Origin: a virus
Taxonomy: Duplodnaviria; Caudoviricetes
Virus record (IMG/VR): IMGVR_UViG_3300030376_003596
Span: 1-56,944 of that record
Length of the DNA stretch: 56,944 nucleotides
Strand: one strand, 5' to 3'
In this document: piece after piece, positions 8,601-18,248 of the stretch
How the letters are laid out: each line of letters starts with the position of its first letter
How positions within the stretch are numbered: position 1 is the first letter of the stretch
Notes under the pieces: generated by a model
Told to the model about the DNA's origin: nothing
The model's database searches: none
Seen by the model: the letters and a program-made list of their open reading frames with translations, nothing else
Translations under genes and position numbers: made by a program

Positions 8601-11600
8601 CTAGAAGTTTCTTTTTCTATTTCTTCTAGTATTTTATCTACTGTTTTTTCTACGCTGCTTATTTCATCCAAGGATAGAACTGATTTCTTCTCACCAATTT
8701 TACTTACCAAGTTAGTATACTCATTTAATACTGAGTCAGGAATAAGAGATGCTTCTACAGCAAACAACCTTTCCATTTGTCGAGTAACTACCTTTGGTAT
8801 ACCAAGTTTACCTCGGTTAATATTCTTGAGTGCATTCTCTCTTCTTTTGTTTAGAGCTGACCTTCTAACTTTTTTCTCAGCCTTGTTAAGTTGCTCGTCT
8901 ACATATACCATTACATCCATCACTGCGTCCATGTTTAGGACTCCTTCTTTAGTAAATAAGTTAGCATTATTTATTTTAGATGTAATATTTTTAAGAGTGG
9001 CAGGACTTAGAGATGCTTTCCTTCCTTTAGTTATTTGTTTTATTTCTGCCTGTATTTCTTTTCTAATAGAGTCAACTGCTCTTTTTACATTCTTAGTTTC
9101 CCTGGCAATCGCTCGTAACTTTTCTTTTAGTGCGGTGTTAACTTGTATTGTTATTTTCTTTGGCTTAGGTTTACCAATTATCTTGGCTGCACTTGGTGCT
9201 TTCTTTACTTTAAATATCCTTTCAATAACAGACTTGCTTACACCCTTGGATTCAAGTGCTGTCTTGATGGCACTATCACTGTACCCTCTAGACTTAGCTT
9301 TCGATACAAATGAATTTATTTTATTAGTGTCACCTAACTGTCTTTTGATACTTGCTTGTTCAGGATCAAATGTTACATTACTTCCGTCTGCTAATTTTGC
9401 TTGGTTAGGTTCAAAGGCAACAATCTCTAATCCATTATCAAAATCTATTCCGTCAAAACCATCTGTTAAAAGAGATTTTTTAAAGTCTTTGTTTGCTTTT
9501 CTTAAAGAAGCAGGCGAAGTATATTTTCTTGAACCATCAGAAGCCCAATTTAAAAGGTCGTTCCATTCTTCATTTGTTGCTTTATATGGATTTTTAATAT
9601 TTAAAAAGAATGCTCTTGACTCGGTAAGTTTGTTTTCCATATAAGGATTCTGAAGTCCTCCTATAAAAGCATATTGGTCTGCGGATGCTTTGTTAGAGGC
9701 AAAAAAGAATCCTGCTTGTGCTATTTCAGTATTAGTCAAAGAGCCAAGTTTCTTTTTGTCAAACACATCAAAATCTGCTGCACTGCCATGATACACTACC
9801 ATAGGCTCACCATTCTCATCAACAATTTTACTTGCATTCTCAGGGTCAGTCTCCCAATTACCAAACCATTTCTTAAATGCAGGGGTTCGAACTAACTTGT
9901 ATTGCTCAGGGTTTAGATTACTTGGTTGACCATTAGGTGCTAACTGTCTTTTGATTTCAGCCACTTTAGGAAGAGAACCTGCAGATGATGTTACGTTAGA
10001 TGCTACAAAACCTTTATCTGTTTTACGAGATACCTTAGTCTCGTTAGTATTATATTTAGTGTAAGTCTCTGTTAAGTCATATGATTTATAAAACTTATTA
10101 GGCTGATAAATTTTTTCAATCTTAGCTTTTACCACCCATCCAAAAGAAGGATGGTGGTCTACATCATTTGGATTTGTTTTAGCCACCTCAAATGTAGTAG
10201 GATCAAATTGAACAAAGGTCATTATCTCTCCACCTACTACCCCTTTATTTAATGGGTCCATTATTCTTTGATGGAACTGTCCTAAGTTTTTAATACCTAT
10301 AGCTTTTTGAAACTTCTTATTAGCCGCTATCTTTTGGTTTAATCTTTTTCTTAAATCAGGAGATAAGTTGTTTTCAATATTTAAAAGTTTAACTAATTCT
10401 TTAGGGTTGTTTAAAAAGTCATTTAAGTTTTTTGTATTTTTTAATTTAGGAAGGTTGCTGCCTTCTTTTGATTGCTCTTCATTATATTTTCTAATAAACT
10501 TTCTAAGAGGCTCAATTATTTTTGTAGGCTTTACAGGAGATTCTTCAACTCTCTGTTTATCTTTATTTAAATAGTATCCTTTATTATTAAAACTTTTTAG
10601 ATTCTTTTTATACTTCTTTAGTTCTGACTCTAATGCTTTAGGAGTTCTAACAAGCCCTTGATTAAATGCATTTATTAATTCTTTATTACTTAATATGTTT
10701 TCATCCAAAACTAGATTTACTAACTCCTCAAAAATGTGTTGTTGAAATTGCCAGGACCCATCTAATGTTCCTGAATGTGGAGCAAACAAATTAGCCTTCC
10801 CTTCAATAGCATTTCTTATAAACCCTTCGGCTTGTGATTTAGTATTAAAGGCTGCAAGATTAGAAACATCTCCTAGTTTTTTATTTAACTTATCCATTAT
10901 TATAGGAACATAATTCCTACCACCTAGTAAATTTATTTTATATCCATTACCTAAATCCGTTACACCTGCATTAGTGTAATCATACATATTAGTAACAAAA
11001 TTTTTACCATTAAAATCTTTTACTGCTAAAGGATCAACTAATCTTCTAATCCAACTTCTCGAATCTTCTTGAGGATTAGGAGCATCGATTACTTCTTCTT
11101 TTGCTCTCTTTAATTTTATTGTACCTACCTCGCCTGACTCTCCTTGTTCTTCTTGTTCTAATAATTCTTCTTGTTCTTTAGTATTTAAATCAGCCTCAGT
11201 TATTACCTCACCCTTCGATACTTTAGTAGCTAGGTTGTTCATTAGTCTAACCATAGCTGCGTTATCTTTAGTGAAGTCCCCTTGGTATTGTTTAAGGTTC
11301 AATAGGGCAGCTAACTTTTCAAGAAGTCTTTTAAAAATATTCTTTGATCTTACATCTAATGTATCATAATTAGTAGCAAGGTCTCCGAATATCTCGGCAA
11401 GTTTCTCCTCGTTATGTTGACCTGTGTCTTCGTATTGGGATATGTACTCCTCCAACTTAGCCTCCATCTCTGAGCCTTTCTTAGATGCTTTCTTTAAACC
11501 ATCTAACATCTCTTTAGAGAATGCTTGAACAAGAGATTCTTTACCAAAGGCATTATATAAAAGAGCATGAAATGCCTCATGATTTACAGTGTTTCCTTTA

Positions 11601-14600
11601 GTACCTGAAGCAGCATTTAATAAGTTAATGTGTATGGTGTTTGTATTAGGATCATAAGCACCCCTCTCTCCTGCACTAGTTCCAGGAACTGATGCCTTAT
11701 ATTCTTGTGGAGTAGCGTGTAATATTATCTTAATGTCAGGAGCAATTTCTTTTAAAGATTTTGCTACGTTCTCAGCTTGTTGTATTATCTTTTTTACCAC
11801 ACGAGATAAAGGTCTATTCGTAGGGTTATTTACAGTAACCGTTTCTGTAGTAACAATTTTCTTTTGTGGTTTAGTAGTCTGCTTCTCTCCTACAACCTCA
11901 TCAAACAAAGTATCTAATTCACTTTGTTCTTTGCTCTTACTATCTTTCTTATCTTGGAGTTTCTCTCCGGTAAGTTCTTTAGACTTTGTTGTGGATTCTC
12001 TTGTCTCCATCTTCGATGCATCTCGGGTTTGTTGAGTCGCATCCACTTCTCCTGGGCTTTGCTTTTGAACGGCATCTTTTTTTGTTTTATCTTTTATAAC
12101 TTCTTCTGTAGTAGTAATCTCCTGAGTCACTTCTTCTAACACCTCATCTAACACCGCCTCTTCTACTGCACCTATTTCATTTTCTCTTTTGATTATAGCT
12201 TCATCCAATGCATAGTTTGCATCTTCTACTACCATAGTGTTTCCACTCTTATCTTTTAAAGTAACACTTTCAGGGTTACCATCAGCATCATAGTTTATTT
12301 CAGGATTACCCATGTCCTCATTTACTAAAGTAGTAGCACCGGATAAGTATTCTATAACATACATATCCTTGCCATCTGCTCTTGTTTCTTTTCTAAGAAC
12401 ACCTTGATCTCCCTCTTGTTTATAACCTTTACCTGTGAATCTAACCTTTAGTCCTTCTGCTTTGGGGACACTTGTGGTTTTGATATTTTGGTTTTTAGTC
12501 TTTCTTCCAACTTTTCTAGCACCTTTAACTGTTGTCTTTTTGGTAGTTGTGCCAACTTTAGTTTCTGTTTCAAATTCATAACCTTCTAGTTTTCTTATTT
12601 CACTTTCTATTTTTTCTTTGATACGTCCTTTAGCTTCTTGACTAATGTCTGTTCTTTCATCTAGTTCTATTAAGTCATCATACAATTCGTCAGCAGCTTC
12701 AGAGATTTCTTTTTCATTAATAAGTTCTGCGTTATTCATTCGAGTATCAAGACTATCAAGTCTTTGGTTTTTCTCTACTACATTAACACCCTCTCTCTTT
12801 GGTTCATAAGTCTGTATCTCTTCATTAAACCTTACAGTATCAGACATAAACTTACTAGCCATCTCTTGCTCTTCTTCTGTCAACGACTCAACACCTTCCT
12901 TATTTATTTTATCAGAAATATATAATACAGTTTCCTCACTTACTTCTCCTGTATCTTTAAATTGTTGATACCTTGAACCGAAGGGAGCTTCTCCTTTAGC
13001 TATGTTCTCTACTGCTTTAATATTTCTTCTAAATGGTATTCCCATACCCGATGCCATGTTGTCTCCTGATCCTTCAACTACTTGATAACTAAATCTATTT
13101 GAGACACCATCTATATCATTTATCTCTTTAATCTTTTTGTTTAACATATCAGCAAGTTCAACATCGTTGCTTACATATAAACCACTCATTACTACATCCT
13201 CTTGTGTTTTAAGGTTGTTGATTTTTTCAATCATTTTTTCCCTTGTAACAGTAGATGCGTTAACGTGCATATTATTACCTCCCTTTATAGTCTTGGTTTT
13301 TTCATCATATACACTGCCTTCAGATGGAGTATATACCACATAATCCCCACTCTTTTGTTGAGCCAGTTTGTCAACATCCCCTATCTCTTTTAACCGAGTA
13401 TCAATAGCCTCTATTTGCTTTTTAATATTTTGTGAAAGGGATGGGTCTTTGTTTTCTATCTCTTCTTGTAATTCTTTTTTCTGTAACAATAAACCAAGTG
13501 ATTCCTTTTGTTGTCCAATACCTAAGTGCGTTGGTATCTCATTAGTAGTTTGTGATACTTGTTCAAATATTTCTAAATCTTTTTTAGCTTGTTTGGCTGT
13601 AAGTTTACCATTTAAAACATCGACTTGAAGTCTTTCTTTTATCAAGTCCATAGCCTTAGTATTATTTTTAGAAAACTGAAACAGTGCCCACTGTTCATCA
13701 GTCAACTCACTAAAGTCATATTTTTGTTCTGCTATATTTTCAACACCAAATGCTTTTCTTACTCCACCCTCTACTTTAAGTCTGACTCCTGGACCGACTT
13801 TTGTTTTACGAACTATGTTGGATACTCTTCCCACATTGTCTACTATAGCACCTCCAATTGCTCCTGCAAGAGCCGCCTCTCCAACTTGTTTTGCTCCTTC
13901 CATTACGGTTTCAGGAGTTTGAAATGCTTCTATATCATTAGCATTATTGAAAGCAATTTGCCCAAGTTGATCTACTAATTCTTGAGCTGCCTCCGTTTCT
14001 GCTTCTGCTAAAGCGGAAGCAAATGCTGTTGCTCCATATCTTTTTATACCATTATTTATTTCAGTTCGTAGTATTTCATTAAAAGTTTTAGTAGATGTTC
14101 TTTTACTACTTACTCCCAATGCCTTACTTAATATGTTTTTAAACATAGGAGACTTGCTCGTTACATTTCTAAAACCAAAACTTTCTAATAAACCAATGGC
14201 AGCCATCATTGGATATTTAAATTTATCTTTTTCTTCTTCACTTAGTTTATCAAATGCAGGGTCTTCGCTCATTTGCCTATCAATATGTTCATATGATTGA
14301 GCAGTAAATGCAGCCACGCCAATAGCAGGGTTAATTAAACTAAGTGCCATAGCCGGAGCACTACCTAATACACCAAAGAATCCTTGAGCTAAAATGCTAT
14401 CCTCTTGCATTTTATCTATGTAAGATTGTTTAGTAGGGCTATGCATAAGTGCATCAAGAACCACATTATCTCTCATCGTACTTAATACTCCTTTGTCTAC
14501 TTCTTTATCCACACCTGTAGCAGCTTGTGAAAATTGATTTACATCTTTAGGGTTTATAATCAATCCCTCTCCATACTTTTGTTTTTTTCTTTGAGCGTCA

Positions 14601-16588
14601 CTATATCCCGCATTAATTGCATACATATCAAGAACAACACCTGTTGCACCTATAGCCATAGCATTAGTTTCTTTAAGAACATGATTCCAGGTAGCACCTG
14701 CAAAATTACCTGTAGGTAAATTTTCAAACATATATAATTCTCCTGCCGCTCTATCTAATGTTGACCCCATAGCAGCATACTCTCCTCTTAACCACTCCCA
14801 TCTTTTCATTTCTCCATCTACCCTATCCCACTCTTCTTTAACTTGATTTCTAAGGGTCTCGTAGTTAGGATCATTTTTATCCATCCTTTTTAGAATTGCT
14901 AGGTTTTGTTCTAGCTTAGCTTTATTTTCTTGCACAGTAGCCGTAGTCTTTTCAAAACTTTTAGTAAGATTATTAAACTTTCTTAACTCTACGTCTAATG
15001 CTTCTTTAGTGTTAAATCTTTTCTTTGTAAATTCTTCTCGTGCATTTCCTCTTTTAGGACGATGCCTCATTAAAAAGTTTTTTAACTTTGTGGCTTCTTC
15101 TGCATCACTGCTTATAGTATCTAAATCTATTTCTTCACTAAACTTAGTTCGGCTACCTGTAATTGGGTCTAACTTATAAACAATCATTGCATCACCCCCA
15201 TCTACACCAAGTAAGCCGTCATCTTCTACAAATTCAAAATCATATTCACCGAATATTTCATTCATTTGTTTTACAACAGTTTCTTCTATAGATCCCATTG
15301 GAGCGTCCTCACCATCAATAAGTTTTTCTGTTATGAATGTATTTACATTATCTCTAAATCCATCTACATTTTCTCCCCAAATATTTTCTTTTTCAATTTC
15401 TCCATCAGACCATATGTTTGCAGCACCATATCTATCATCCTCTATCTTTCCTTTGGATGCTAAATCAGCTCGATAATCCTGCCATTGTTTATTAGTCCAT
15501 TGGCTAGAGTCTACATCTTTTAATTCAGGATTTTTATTTATAAAATTTTCGTATACTTGATATGTTTCGGCATCAACTATTGATTTATTATTCTTAATAT
15601 AATTTGGGTTTACATCATATGGTAAATTTTCTGCACCTTGATTTCTTAAAATACTTGGTCTTCTACCTGCACCTTTGCCTCCTGTTTCTTTGTAAGATTT
15701 ACCACGATTCATTTCATCAAATCGTTGAGCAATCTCTTGACCACTTTTGTCTTTATATATATCCCTAGCTAATTCTGAAACACCACTATATCCAAATGTT
15801 TGGTCATCAAGTTTTTTCTTACCACCCGTAAAATCATAATACTTTTCTGCCTCTGTCTTTGGTTTTTCTTCGGGAAGTGCGTACCTATTTTGGGTATATA
15901 TATATTCTTCAATATAGTCAGCCTTATCGTTTTCTCCCTTTTGTCTAAGTTTATCTGCTTCTTCTATATACTTTTTTTCTAACTCAGTAAGCTCTTCTTT
16001 ACCAACCCTATTTATTTCTTTCTCTATTTTTTTAGCCTCCTCTTTTTTCCCTTCTTCTCTTAGCTTCTTAGCCTTTTTATACTTTTCTTGTATCGAAGCA
16101 TCCAATTTACCACCTCCATCCTGTGGTTTATCTTCAGCGTAAAACTCTTGAAGTTTTTTATTAGACTCAGATTCTCCATCAGCGGGAGATTGAAAATAAA
16201 ACTCAGCTTCTTTAGCCTTAAAATACTCTTGGTATTTTGCGTCTTCTTCTTTAGTGGGACTTGTATCAAAAAGAATCTCTCCTCCCACAAATACATCCCT
16301 AGGGTCACTTTCTTGTGAATCCGAAGAACCATCTGCCGAAACAGATTCCGTATCTTGTTGTGGTTGGTCTTTTTTTTTTACAGCAACTTCGGTTTCTTTA
16401 CCACCTACACCCATTAAAGATTTAAAATCATTTAATCCTTTATTATATCCTGTAGATTTAAAATGTGAATAGGTATCATTAAGTGCATTTTCATTTGTGT
16501 TAATCAATGTAACATAATCTTCATAACTTCCATTGTATCCTGTACTAACAAAATAATTGTACCCATCTTTTATTGCTTCCTCGTTCAT
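5624..16588 (-). CDS. Giant (3654 aa) polyvalent virion/ejection protein with zincin metallopeptidase and ADP-ribosyltransferase domains
   Basis: GAYDP..TIHIN..HEAFH..EEKLAE (HEAFH at 11567-11581); VRTPAFKKWFG..VDENGEPMVVYHG..GFFF..LNIKNP..GFDG..VAFEPNQ (ART-PolyVal-like, ~9350-9940); last gene of the virion module. Confidence 0.8.
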   Translation of the reverse strand: MNEEAIKDGYNYFVSTGYNGSYEDYVTLINTNENALNDTYSHFKSTGYNKGLNDFKSLMGVGGKETEVAVKKKDQPQQDTESVSADGSSDSQESDPRDVFVGGEILFDTSPTKEEDAKYQEYFKAKEAEFYFQSPADGESESNKKLQEFYAEDKPQDGGGKLDASIQEKYKKAKKLREEGKKEEAKKIEKEINRVGKEELTELEKKYIEEADKLRQKGENDKADYIEEYIYTQNRYALPEEKPKTEAEKYYDFTGGKKKLDDQTFGYSGVSELARDIYKDKSGQEIAQRFDEMNRGKSYKETGGKGAGRRPSILRNQGAENLPYDVNPNYIKNNKSIVDAETYQVYENFINKNPELKDVDSSQWTNKQWQDYRADLASKGKIEDDRYGAANIWSDGEIEKENIWGENVDGFRDNVNTFITEKLIDGEDAPMGSIEETVVKQMNEIFGEYDFEFVEDDGLLGVDGGDAMIVYKLDPITGSRTKFSEEIDLDTISSDAEEATKLKNFLMRHRPKRGNAREEFTKKRFNTKEALDVELRKFNNLTKSFEKTTATVQENKAKLEQNLAILKRMDKNDPNYETLRNQVKEEWDRVDGEMKRWEWLRGEYAAMGSTLDRAAGELYMFENLPTGNFAGATWNHVLKETNAMAIGATGVVLDMYAINAGYSDAQRKKQKYGEGLIINPKDVNQFSQAATGVDKEVDKGVLSTMRDNVVLDALMHSPTKQSYIDKMQEDSILAQGFFGVLGSAPAMALSLINPAIGVAAFTAQSYEHIDRQMSEDPAFDKLSEEEKDKFKYPMMAAIGLLESFGFRNVTSKSPMFKNILSKALGVSSKRTSTKTFNEILRTEINNGIKRYGATAFASALAEAETEAAQELVDQLGQIAFNNANDIEAFQTPETVMEGAKQVGEAALAGAIGGAIVDNVGRVSNIVRKTKVGPGVRLKVEGGVRKAFGVENIAEQKYDFSELTDEQWALFQFSKNNTKAMDLIKERLQVDVLNGKLTAKQAKKDLEIFEQVSQTTNEIPTHLGIGQQKESLGLLLQKKELQEEIENKDPSLSQNIKKQIEAIDTRLKEIGDVDKLAQQKSGDYVVYTPSEGSVYDEKTKTIKGGNNMHVNASTVTREKMIEKINNLKTQEDVVMSGLYVSNDVELADMLNKKIKEINDIDGVSNRFSYQVVEGSGDNMASGMGIPFRRNIKAVENIAKGEAPFGSRYQQFKDTGEVSEETVLYISDKINKEGVESLTEEEQEMASKFMSDTVRFNEEIQTYEPKREGVNVVEKNQRLDSLDTRMNNAELINEKEISEAADELYDDLIELDERTDISQEAKGRIKEKIESEIRKLEGYEFETETKVGTTTKKTTVKGARKVGRKTKNQNIKTTSVPKAEGLKVRFTGKGYKQEGDQGVLRKETRADGKDMYVIEYLSGATTLVNEDMGNPEINYDADGNPESVTLKDKSGNTMVVEDANYALDEAIIKRENEIGAVEEAVLDEVLEEVTQEITTTEEVIKDKTKKDAVQKQSPGEVDATQQTRDASKMETRESTTKSKELTGEKLQDKKDSKSKEQSELDTLFDEVVGEKQTTKPQKKIVTTETVTVNNPTNRPLSRVVKKIIQQAENVAKSLKEIAPDIKIILHATPQEYKASVPGTSAGERGAYDPNTNTIHINLLNAASGTKGNTVNHEAFHALLYNAFGKESLVQAFSKEMLDGLKKASKKGSEMEAKLEEYISQYEDTGQHNEEKLAEIFGDLATNYDTLDVRSKNIFKRLLEKLAALLNLKQYQGDFTKDNAAMVRLMNNLATKVSKGEVITEADLNTKEQEELLEQEEQGESGEVGTIKLKRAKEEVIDAPNPQEDSRSWIRRLVDPLAVKDFNGKNFVTNMYDYTNAGVTDLGNGYKINLLGGRNYVPIIMDKLNKKLGDVSNLAAFNTKSQAEGFIRNAIEGKANLFAPHSGTLDGSWQFQQHIFEELVNLVLDENILSNKELINAFNQGLVRTPKALESELKKYKKNLKSFNNKGYYLNKDKQRVEESPVKPTKIIEPLRKFIRKYNEEQSKEGSNLPKLKNTKNLNDFLNNPKELVKLLNIENNLSPDLRKRLNQKIAANKKFQKAIGIKNLGQFHQRIMDPLNKGVVGGEIMTFVQFDPTTFEVAKTNPNDVDHHPSFGWVVKAKIEKIYQPNKFYKSYDLTETYTKYNTNETKVSRKTDKGFVASNVTSSAGSLPKVAEIKRQLAPNGQPSNLNPEQYKLVRTPAFKKWFGNWETDPENASKIVDENGEPMVVYHGSAADFDVFDKKKLGSLTNTEIAQAGFFFASNKASADQYAFIGGLQNPYMENKLTESRAFFLNIKNPYKATNEEWNDLLNWASDGSRKYTSPASLRKANKDFKKSLLTDGFDGIDFDNGLEIVAFEPNQAKLADGSNVTFDPEQASIKRQLGDTNKINSFVSKAKSRGYSDSAIKTALESKGVSKSVIERIFKVKKAPSAAKIIGKPKPKKITIQVNTALKEKLRAIARETKNVKRAVDSIRKEIQAEIKQITKGRKASLSPATLKNITSKINNANLFTKEGVLNMDAVMDVMVYVDEQLNKAEKKVRRSALNKRRENALKNINRGKLGIPKVVTRQMERLFAVEASLIPDSVLNEYTNLVSKIGEKKSVLSLDEISSVEKTVDKILEEIEKETSRIPAYAMLIEDNILDTNVKNEDGTLNYKKTVDKLVEQKVISQKQGEEMMKYKKEILPPPAPKTKEEIALKEEEQRIEKEILEEEIKDSEINSEKLTTRDERKLAKTLNNLIKSDGIKELDNLDLKRLQQVIDNINNGWLPHLAQVMVYKINAANKSKVTNKAVKTSKPFSSIVSAKKIRATINKSLSGKTSKRKNNVYQLISTGSLNYIDLVLGNRKGKPIFENIFEGSAKAYSNQETDQALVDKKLDEALNKIMWKYKYNPNSIKKSQTVLMTYLLQREFESNPGRKGEVYSAASYLKDTIEFYKGKSELSDQREAKMLEEVLKKYSNADGEIEAKTIYKSLNRAERNAIKVIDEVNTGLTEKAEYTAGVIQGQIIKPIVNYIHHWTQQSDNPYKEDNKEFNDYIRGTSVSTKAKTIESRETGSRALNFDPFGATKRGARMTLLDYHMTPVIRETNMTLTKMKEDLKGESREVREIFDGVEMAYKQVVEDVVGRGLNNSSVGDEIFTYLAKTGYRSMLAGVPRMGLETSVNLLNAAVINPLGFKKGLKIVTKDLSSVDQATIIRRLNSKQQQRLYGDPLTGRMIEPGLIQSNMGVRNKKVRTEVGNRAKQISIFLSAPRKGLEILADTMISAPDKAVMRPLWYGTLAREFKKLTGKDIDFKKIEQNDEAYMNANKEALQEATKIADRDSFFSGATDNPFMGILKNVKRQDDNLGKKIYKNVDRFMLRFLLVEYENTRLAVDVLLRGGEISRIKAGQLLAATTTRMILYSSFVGVLSNIYADLMREMFGFDIEDEEEEKDIEKQIAQGAVSTVNTLLFGRSYGQVVRGIINNPYVGTEYFNEKYGQSLREGEYDPYKDAIGFSPYTKPTEKEKVQGRDPYQQITKLTGPYSVMAKITGKIIQEWGKEVSEKKKIGEVDLYFTKVDVNPQRVLIGLQALGMLNLMPFFKDVNKAAQKEVYKEYNKIKKGEREERTERTDEREERKEREEREER
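9334..9955 (-). repeat. Perfect 16-bp direct repeats flanking the ART domain
   Basis: CTAACTGTCTTTTGAT at 9334-9349 and 9940-9955, 606 nt apart (in frame; both encode IKRQL). Confidence 0.9.
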
Positions 16589-16595
16589 TTTATTT

Positions 16596-18236
16596 TTAGT
16601 TGTATTTAGAACCCGTTCCTCCTCCTGATGTAGGATTTAAATTACCCCCTTGAACTCGGGCTTCTTGTTCAAGCACTTTTCTTCTCGCTTCTAATTTATC
16701 GAAAATCGCTTTTTGATCTGAAGTCATACTTGCGTATTTCCCTGTTTTAGTCATATCTGCCATTTTTAGAAGCAAATTTTCATACTCCTTTGCAATTTTA
16801 TCAAATCCTCTTCCTGTTTTCTCGTCTACCTCTTTCTGTAGTTTGGTTACCTCAGTGTTAAAAGTTTGCCCCTCTATATCAGTAGGCATCTTTTTTAATC
16901 TACCTATTTGCTTTTGAAGTTTATAAAAGTTATTTTTATTTCCTCCCATTGTCTCAAATAAAATAAGTAAAGAATTTTGAGGATCAGATGGGTCTAAGTT
17001 TTTAGTGCTTGAAATATCACCTGAAGTTAAAGCCTGATTATACATATTTCCACTAATTGTAATCTGTGCAGCTCCTCCTCCCGCTAAACGACCTGCACTT
17101 CCTAATGCGTCATATCTAATTTGATTTGGATTTTCTAAAAACTCTTTAGACTTCCGATAAATAAGTGCATCCAAATTTAAAACCTCCTTAGCCTTCAACT
17201 CCGGAGCTGTTGGAGCTCTACCTTGTACTACTTTTTTCTCATATGCTGTTTCCTTAATATCTGATGCATTAAGAATCATGTCCTCAAATCTAGTGTAGAT
17301 TGCCTCTTCTTGTTCTGTGGTAAAGGCAGGTTGTTTTATTTTAGTAATGGGGTCTTCTTTCATATAGACATTATACGAACCATCTTCATTTATACCTGTA
17401 CCCTTAACATCATCTTGTGAATAAACATAGTTAATGTTAGCTCCCATGTCTTTCTCAAGAATAGATAAGCGATCAAAAGAATTTGTTAATTCAGTTTTTG
17501 CTGCATTTCGTAAAGCGTTCTTCCAATCATCTCTTCCTTGAATAGCCTCCCTAGTAAATACACCTTCTTTTAAAATTGCTAACTTAGTAACACCAAACAT
17601 ATCTACAGCTTTTTTTACACCTGCGTTTGTATCAAACTTGTCGTAATACATTGTGGTTTGTTTTCGGGCTATAGCTAAACTGATTTTATTTTCATCACCC
17701 TCCAACAGTTCTCCATCAGGTCCAACTCTTTGGTAAAAAGCCTGATCATGTTCGTTGTTAACAACTCTCCATTTGGTGTAGTCATTAAAGTCTTGTATCT
17801 GTGACATAGATTCTGCTTCCCAATTCAAAGACTCATCATTTTTTTGGCGAGTTATTTTCTTGTCATACATCGTAGCAAAGTCAGTCATTAAACCAAGATA
17901 GTTCTCAATGTTATCGCCCATGTTTTGTCTACGTTGAACCCACTCGTTTTGTCTACCTTTACCTGACTTGAAGTCTCGGTATGCATCCATTAAACTATTT
18001 ATTTGGGTATTTGTAGTTTGAAGTATTTGATTGTTTAAACTTGCATCCGCAGTTGAGGGAATACTTTCCCCTGCACTTTTTACAATATCTCTAACAGCTT
18101 GTTCTTCTTCAGCTTTTCTTCTCTCTCTATCTTTAGCTTCATTTTCTATGGCATCAGATATCTTTACGCCTACGTCTGCCCAATTGAATCTATTCTTTGT
18201 GTCTCGTTCTTTATATCCGTAATAAGTCTTTGCCAT
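16596..18236 (-). CDS. Putative internal virion/ejection protein
   Basis: Helical, charged 546-aa ORF between pilot-like protein and giant protein; podovirus synteny. Confidence 0.55.
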   Translation of the reverse strand: MAKTYYGYKERDTKNRFNWADVGVKISDAIENEAKDRERRKAEEEQAVRDIVKSAGESIPSTADASLNNQILQTTNTQINSLMDAYRDFKSGKGRQNEWVQRRQNMGDNIENYLGLMTDFATMYDKKITRQKNDESLNWEAESMSQIQDFNDYTKWRVVNNEHDQAFYQRVGPDGELLEGDENKISLAIARKQTTMYYDKFDTNAGVKKAVDMFGVTKLAILKEGVFTREAIQGRDDWKNALRNAAKTELTNSFDRLSILEKDMGANINYVYSQDDVKGTGINEDGSYNVYMKEDPITKIKQPAFTTEQEEAIYTRFEDMILNASDIKETAYEKKVVQGRAPTAPELKAKEVLNLDALIYRKSKEFLENPNQIRYDALGSAGRLAGGGAAQITISGNMYNQALTSGDISSTKNLDPSDPQNSLLILFETMGGNKNNFYKLQKQIGRLKKMPTDIEGQTFNTEVTKLQKEVDEKTGRGFDKIAKEYENLLLKMADMTKTGKYASMTSDQKAIFDKLEARRKVLEQEARVQGGNLNPTSGGGTGSKYN

Positions 18237-18248
18237 TGTGAGTATGTA

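Noticed and set aside
9882-9895. T-loop-like GGTTCGAAC suggesting a tRNA
   Set aside because: Inside the ART coding region; no cloverleaf
6228-16472. Numerous + strand ORFs (e.g. 6228..6926, 8826..9644)
   Set aside because: Antisense shadows of the Lys/Glu-rich giant gene, rich in Leu/Ser/Phe, with no motifs
5624-16588. crAss-like virion RNA polymerase
   Set aside because: No DxDxD/DFDID catalytic motif seen; recognisable domains are peptidase and ART
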